Source: Eledone cirrhosa
Lineage: Eukaryota
Length of the DNA stretch: 64,000 nt
Assembly: GCA_964016885.1 (NCBI GenBank)
Contig: OZ024745.1
Location: 61,814,001-61,878,000 of the forward strand
Direction: 5' to 3'
Translations under genes and position numbers: made by a program
In this document: piece by piece, positions 57,476 through 64,000 of the stretch
Layout: the number at the start of each line of letters is the position of its first letter
Position numbering within the stretch: the first letter of the stretch is position 1
Notes under the pieces: model-generated
Seen by the model: the letters and a program-made list of their open reading frames with translations, nothing else
Told to the model about the DNA's origin: nothing
Databases searched by the model: none

Positions 57476-60400
57476 TTTCGTGTGTCATCTTATACTTAGT
57501 TTTCTAGTCTGACCTCGCCCAAACCAACACATTTATTTGAATTGTCTGGCTTATTTATAACAATTTATGAATGTAAAATTAATTACAATATTTCTTTTGT
57601 TTTGTTCATATGAAATAAAATGATCCATTGCTCTGTAGTATTTGTGAAAAGATTCTTCATGTTATTTGATTTGATAATATACACTGAAAAATATTTATTC
57701 TACCGTTTATCTATCTGTACGAGGTTGGTTAATCTATTTGTTAATCCATTTGATACATTTTCTCTAGATGTTTATCTACAATCATGAAGCTCTTTAAAAT
57801 GTTTGTATTTAATCAAACTTGTAAAGATCCGTTAAGACAAATGTTCAATTCTTGTTGTTTTTGTCAGTTTCTTACGTTTTAATGAAGGTGGCTGTTTCAC
57901 TATATGTTTGTATCTCTGTGTTTTTCTGTATATATACTTATGTACAGAGACATTTATATATGTATATGTGTACGTAAGAATGCATATGTTTAAGTTTATC
58001 GATGTTTGTATGCATAGATGTTCTGTATATGGATAGTTGGGTGCATATATTTATATGAGTTTATTTGCTCGAAAATATATTTAGCGTGAATGTAATTCTA
58101 TAATAAACATTTCGTATCCTCGGTGATACCCAAGAATCGAAATGAGCCAATAATACTATGAAGGAAGACAGTCGTAATATTTTTACGGATGGCAAAATTA
58201 CAAGTTTGGCGTAATGTATTCACTTAGTTGTGTGAATATAAGATTGCCAGAACACCCAAAATTCATTTCCACAATCGTTGGTTTAACTCTCTTTTATTCA
58301 ACTAAAGATGCCAGTAGCTTAGATTTTAATTGCTTACACTGATGTTGTTTCTCTTATTTTCTAGGAGCTTTCTCTGGCCTCAGGTTACAGGAAGTAATAA
58401 AATAAGGGTCTTCTTTAAATTACATTTCACCAAATCTATATGCTCCTTCTGCTATATAGAAACTGTCTTTAATAGTAATATTGATTTATTTAGTTATAGT
58501 GCTGAAGCAAGAGAGAAACTTTATTCTATTGCGAGTGCCATTCATAAGTAGATATCGTTGTATGAATTCAATCAATGAGCGAATCACTCCATACAGACAC
58601 AGAAATAGAATTCTAATCAAGCACCAGTTCATCTTCGCAGAATATAATGAATGTATAATCCATTTAATATGCCGCAGTATAGTGATTATAATTATTTTAA
58701 CGATAACAACTAAGGCATATAAAGTCACAGGAGCGAAAGGCAATATTTCAATATACTTAGCTATTTTCTGTCTTGACTTATCTATCCTCATTGCCCACGA
58801 GGCGGAACATATTTTTTGACATGTTACACGACAATATTTTATAAATGAATATCTACTAACAGTTAATTCCGTAACTGCAATGATAGGGTGAAATATGAAA
58901 TCGTTTTCGTTGTGATTTGATCTGAGAATTTTGGGAGATGAAACTATATATTGTAGTGAATTTAATCTGGAGCTCTAGCAGATGCCTTTAAAAAGTCTAA
59001 ATGCTATACATGCCTTTTGTTGTCATTTATCCTAACCATGAATAATATGACTCTAGACATTAGTAACTTTAAAGATATAGAACTGAGTTTGTTGTCAGAA
59101 ATTCTTATATCATGAACGCTTCTAAAGTAAATACAACACAGTCGATGATTATATACGTTTCTATAGCTTGAAATTAATTAGAATCACAGATGTGTAGTAT
59201 CGCCTAGTAACTTAAAACTCTTAAACAAATATTGTGTTTCTAGTATGCTGAAGTAATTTTCCGAACTTTGGAGTTAAGCAATTAAATTATTGTGTTGAAG
59301 TTGAGATGTGTGATGCTTCCGAATAATTACTCAGGAAACCTTTCTACTGCAATTGTTTCATTCTTTCAACCCGTCGTTCAAAGACAGTAAATCTCTAAGG
59401 TAATTATTGACAGTGAAACTTACAACGCAATATTACGTTGGTGGCTTAATTGTAAAAGTGGCATTTGATGCCTAAAATTCATGATACATCGTATATTTTC
59501 AATAGTGTTGTCGTAATCTGTACTGCTTATACGGATGTATATTTAACCAACCCCAACCTCTTATAACGTTGCTTCTAATATAAAAACATTCTGGGATGTT
59601 TTAATGTTAGTGGATGCAGACCTATTTTTCCGGTGTCAAGAGAAGAAATATAAAATCCAGAGCAGGTGTCACAATATATCCTCTCGAAGGCTGTAAAATG
59701 TCTGTACAGCCATCAATTAAGCATATTACATATTAAAAAGTATACTTACTGGCAAGTCGCTCTCTTGCTATTCCTATGAAAAATGAGAAATTTCTCATTA
59801 TTGACGCAACCGCATTGTTCAAATGTGAAGTATATTATTTAGAGAATATTTTTACTTTATACAAAAACACGTCCCCGGATTACAAAGATGCTTCATTTCT
59901 TTCAATTTGTTTAGTTTCATGTTGTTTTTAGAAAATGTATTTGTTATGTAAAGTCTTCCACATATGTTTCCTACTCACTTCCTATTAACGGCGCTAAATT
60001 TCATCACATATATGTGAAGAGCGTTTGCTAAGTGGCTATCTGTTGCCGTTTCTCTTCAAAATGACATACTTTAAGAGGAACTGAAGAACAGCTGGTTCCA
60101 GTAATTATGTTACTTGTCGAGAAATTGGGGTATGTTTAATATGCATTTGAGAATAAACTTAAATTTGTTTGAAACATACACATGGATGGTTTCATAAATA
60201 AAGTAATATAAACTATGCCCTTTAGATATTAACTTTGTTTTCATCACCACAGTCATCATGGAAGTGCTTGGGTCTTGCCTTCGTATGGTTAGAAGTTGTT
60301 ATATTCTATTATACAAGGAAGTTTGTTATTTTGTTGTTAGTTTATATACCCGAATTGGTAACAAATTGAAATTGATAGAAGAGCATTGATAAATCATATA

Positions 60401-61862
60401 ACTCATTATGCCAATAGTTTGCAATCAAAGAGTAAGGAGGTGGAATGACAGAATCGTTAAAACGTCGGTAAGAATGTTTGCGGTATTAATGTCGACTTAT
60501 TTCACTGTGAATGCTTTTCTAGCTAAGGTTATCTTCAACCTTCACCCATTCAAAGTTGATAAATAGAGTACCAGTACTAATTTGGTGTCGTTTTTTAATT
60601 CCTCTTACTTTTTCAACGCTTTCATAACCTTTTCTCTAGTGCACGTTCCCTTCCTCTTTCTCTGTTTAAACTAAGAAAAGGATCGACTCCGTTAGGTTTA
60701 AATGCCCACAGCAAGCCTTATGACATATTAAGGTCCCTACTTTTTTTTATCAGCCGTTCAAGTCTCAGAGATTGATGTGTTTTTATTATCTAATCAAATT
60801 CACTATGTCAAATCACGTCTCTAACATAGACGTGATGTGCGTTTAGTACTGAAAGATAACAAACAGAATAATCTCCTATATGTAGCATTAAACTTTACTC
60901 CTGAATGGTATTTATAACTAATTGAAAACTGAAAGCACCGAAAATTATGTCCTCGAACGTGTACTATATAAAGGAAAACAAACACAAATGGATAACCATT
61001 GCGTTAGTATTCTGACTTTCTTCCAGCATGGTAATCTTTGACAGCCCAATTGATAGTAAACGTAAAATGTTCCTAGCTCTGTCTCTCAAGACTATTAAAA
61101 TATAATTATGTATTCTACAAATATCTCGAAACAACAATCGCGTAAATGTTGAACCTAAAATCATTCTCTTTAGACAGATTTCTGACAAGTACTGCGGAAA
61201 ATAGTTTAAAATATTCACCGTATACACTGGATAAGGTTCGTAATGAAATTAAATGATCGATAATGCAAGTAATATCCTCTACTAATTGTAAATTGCTCCC
61301 ATTCATGATATTTACTGTCATTTTTCTTACTTTTCACTCCGCATTCTATCATTGTTTCTGTGTGCTATTCTACTTATTACTTATATCATTTTAATATCAT
61401 TCATATAACCAGAACAACAATAATGTTGACATAATTATATATAAATTGATACAGATAATGTGTCTGTGCGTCGTGTGGAGATTAAATAATTGTTATGTAT
61501 ATATATATATGTATGTGTGTATGTATGAGAAGATAACTGGCAAGGCATTGCCTTAGATCGATCATGTTTAAGAAAAACATGAATTTGAAAAATCTCACGT
61601 GGAGCATAAAAAGTCAAGGGCCTACACGATATTACTTTACCTGGATTTGCATGAAATGAATTTTGTGTGCAATACGTGAGACCGGATTTGCCTCAGTAGA
61701 GCTGGTCTTAGAACTTATCATAGAAGCTATGTACAAAATGTTGCCAATTAGGCTCCCTTTGGCATTACCTCTTCTCAGAAGTGGGGTAAACAATATGCAT
61801 CGGCCGATGAAACCCAATATCTTTTGAAAGCTCAGATAGATACCAGTATATATATATATACA

Positions 61863-62628
61863 CAGGGTGACCCCAAAACAACAGAATAAAACTGATCATT
61901 TTAATTTTTCTTCTTTTCTTTTTCGGGGCATACAAGTCGAATTTGTGAATGAAAGATTGGAACAGTAATCTTCCTCAACATGTCTTGGTCAACCAAGGAA
62001 AAGACATTTTGCCTGGAGGCCTATTTCGCCAACAAATCATACACTGTAGTGCAAGCTAATTTTCGGAGACAGTTTCGGTATCGTCATGCTCCATTAAAAA
62101 GCAGAATTTTTGACTGGGTATGGGACTGTGCAAAATCTTAATTCTAAAGGTCGGAGGGACACTTATCCTGGTCGGAGGGTGAGTGCTATTACAGAAAGGA
62201 ACATTGATGCTGTACGGGAGTCAGTGGGGCGGAGCCCAAAGAAATCACTTCGACGATGCAGTCAAGAGATGTAAATCTCTCGAGAGTCTTTGAGGCGTGT
62301 TCTGAAATCAGATCTTCATTTGTATCCTTATCATATCCAAATAAAGCACAAACTTACGGAGGTGGACATGGAAAAACGCGTAACCATATGCGAATGGGTT
62401 TGTGACACAATCGCAGACAATGCAGACTTCTTGGATCATGTTTGGTTCTCTGACGAAGCGCACTTTCTGCTGTCAGGACATCTAAACAGCAAAAATAATG
62501 TTTATTGCGGTACAGCCTCACCGGAGGATGTGTTACAGAGGCCGTTACACTTCCCAAAGTGCACAGCATGGGTAGCAATCTCTAAACATGGCATAATCGG
62601 CCCATATTGGAGCATATTTTGGAAATAA
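61863..62628 (+). mobile_element. truncated Tc1/mariner element, rosa/DD41D-like transposase pseudogene
   Basis: TIR-like CAGGGTG after (TA)n; ATG at 61980 gives MSWSTKEKTFCLEAYFANKSYTVVQANFRRQF; later LHLYPYHIQ..WFSDEAHFLLSGHLNSKNN..PLHFPKCTAWVAISKHGIIGPY; 3' half missing. Confidence 0.85.
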
Positions 62629-62849
62629 CATGACTTTTATGCACTGCGACCAAGATAACTGAAATTTTGGGGAATGATCCTACACAGACTGAAGTTTAAG
62701 TCCAGCAAATGTCAAGGAAATTGCTGGAGCTGTGTAGAATTTAATAACATTTTTATGAGTTCTGTTTTGTTTTTCATGTATTCATCTCTGCATCGGAAGA
62801 CGCTCGTAAATGTTTCTGATAATTCCTTGCTTTGTTATTAACTCGCAGG

Positions 62850-62915
<66 letters not shown>

Positions 62916-63209
62916 ATGCATAGCAGCATAGATTATTCTACTGATGTATTATTAAAGCAGTTGTCAACCACAAGCACACACGGGCTTCTTAACAGTTACT
63001 GATATGTCTGATTCCGGATGTTTATTGGATGTTCGATGCTTCGTGTATGGACAAAATTCCCGCAGATGAGTTTCTGCCAATTCGAATCATAGCTAATAAC
63101 TAGTAATTTTTATAAAATGCAATTAATAATTTTCCAGAATTGAAGTCACATGGCACGGCTAATTATCATATCGTTTAATGTCTCTATACTAATTTTAATG
63201 ATTACCCAA

Positions 63210-63273
<64 letters not shown>

Positions 63274-63724
63274 CCGTAACATCTGCATGTCTCAAAATAC
63301 GATGTTTTTTCTATGTCTAATGTTTTTTTCACAAGTTGTCATCTTGAGCAAGATTCTTTTATATAGAAGACCAGTTATCCCACCTCCGCAGGTTATTGAT
63401 TTGTCCAGGTGACAGGGAAAAGCCTAAATATTAGTACCAGTGCCGTCATAGGCATTACTCCCAGGACCGAATTTGCCGAAATAAATTACGCAAGGTATAA
63501 ACACTGCCAAGCTCTGTTTCTTGGAATATCAACCCCCGAAAAGATAAAAATTGTCTTTAGTGGGATTTGAACGCAGGGCGAAGAGATTACGTACAAATGT
63601 ACCAGGACAATTGACTTTGGCGATTGATCCACTGGAGAAGACACATATACATACACAGAAACATATATATACATATATATATACATATATTCATACTGTT
63701 GGACCCCCTACGCCTCAGACGATG

Positions 63725-63985
63725 ATTGCTCTAGTTGATTGAACAACAAAATAGCGGGATCAAGGAATTATGTGGGTGAATATTCCACACACATGCAATT
63801 GTCAGGGAGATTCAGCGTAACAAATGTGTCAAAATGTTTTCTTTTTTATTTACAGGTACAACTCATTTTTGGCAGCTGGGACATTTGGAGCAACATGAAA
63901 TAAATATCTTGCACAAGGAATCGAATTCATAACTTTAGCATTGTGAGCCGAATACCATAACAACTAAGTCAAGTGCCTTTACACA
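63725..63985 (-). mobile_element. diverged tRNA-derived SINE fragment
   Basis: GGAGCAACATGAAATAAATATCTTGC.CAAGGAATCGAA resembles the reverse complement of the family B head/body. Confidence 0.5.
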
Positions 63986-64000
63986 CACCCACAAAATACA

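Overview
AT-rich, microsatellite-dense eukaryotic DNA; I could not identify a host protein-coding gene. The SINE repertoire looks like an octopod cephalopod (inference only). The window is dominated by Penelope-like retroelements (PLEs) inserted into (TA)n tracts. It holds one intact, very young autonomous PLE (773-aa RT + C-terminal GIY-YIG ORF, 46209-48530 minus, inside a 1.6-kb partial tandem duplication) and four decayed PLE endonuclease remnants. It also holds about 15 short non-coding fold-back elements from many unrelated sequence families. Read by eye, most of these carry a type I hammerhead ribozyme (HHR) motif pointing outward, usually with a palindromic helix III. Several have non-canonical cores (U3-A8 covariant TTGAAAA; CCGANGA) or very long helix II inserts (50-116 nt). 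Other content: a 309-nt tandem HHR repeat (retrozyme-like), a tRNA-cloverleaf-headed element with the PLE fold-back signature, two tRNA-derived SINE families, R4/Dong and RTE LINE fragments, two Helitron-like non-autonomous elements, and decayed Tc1/mariner elements (one DD37D, one rosa-like). Nearly all ORFs in the supplied track are microsatellite artefacts. All alignments and folds were done by eye; boundaries are approximate to a few nt.
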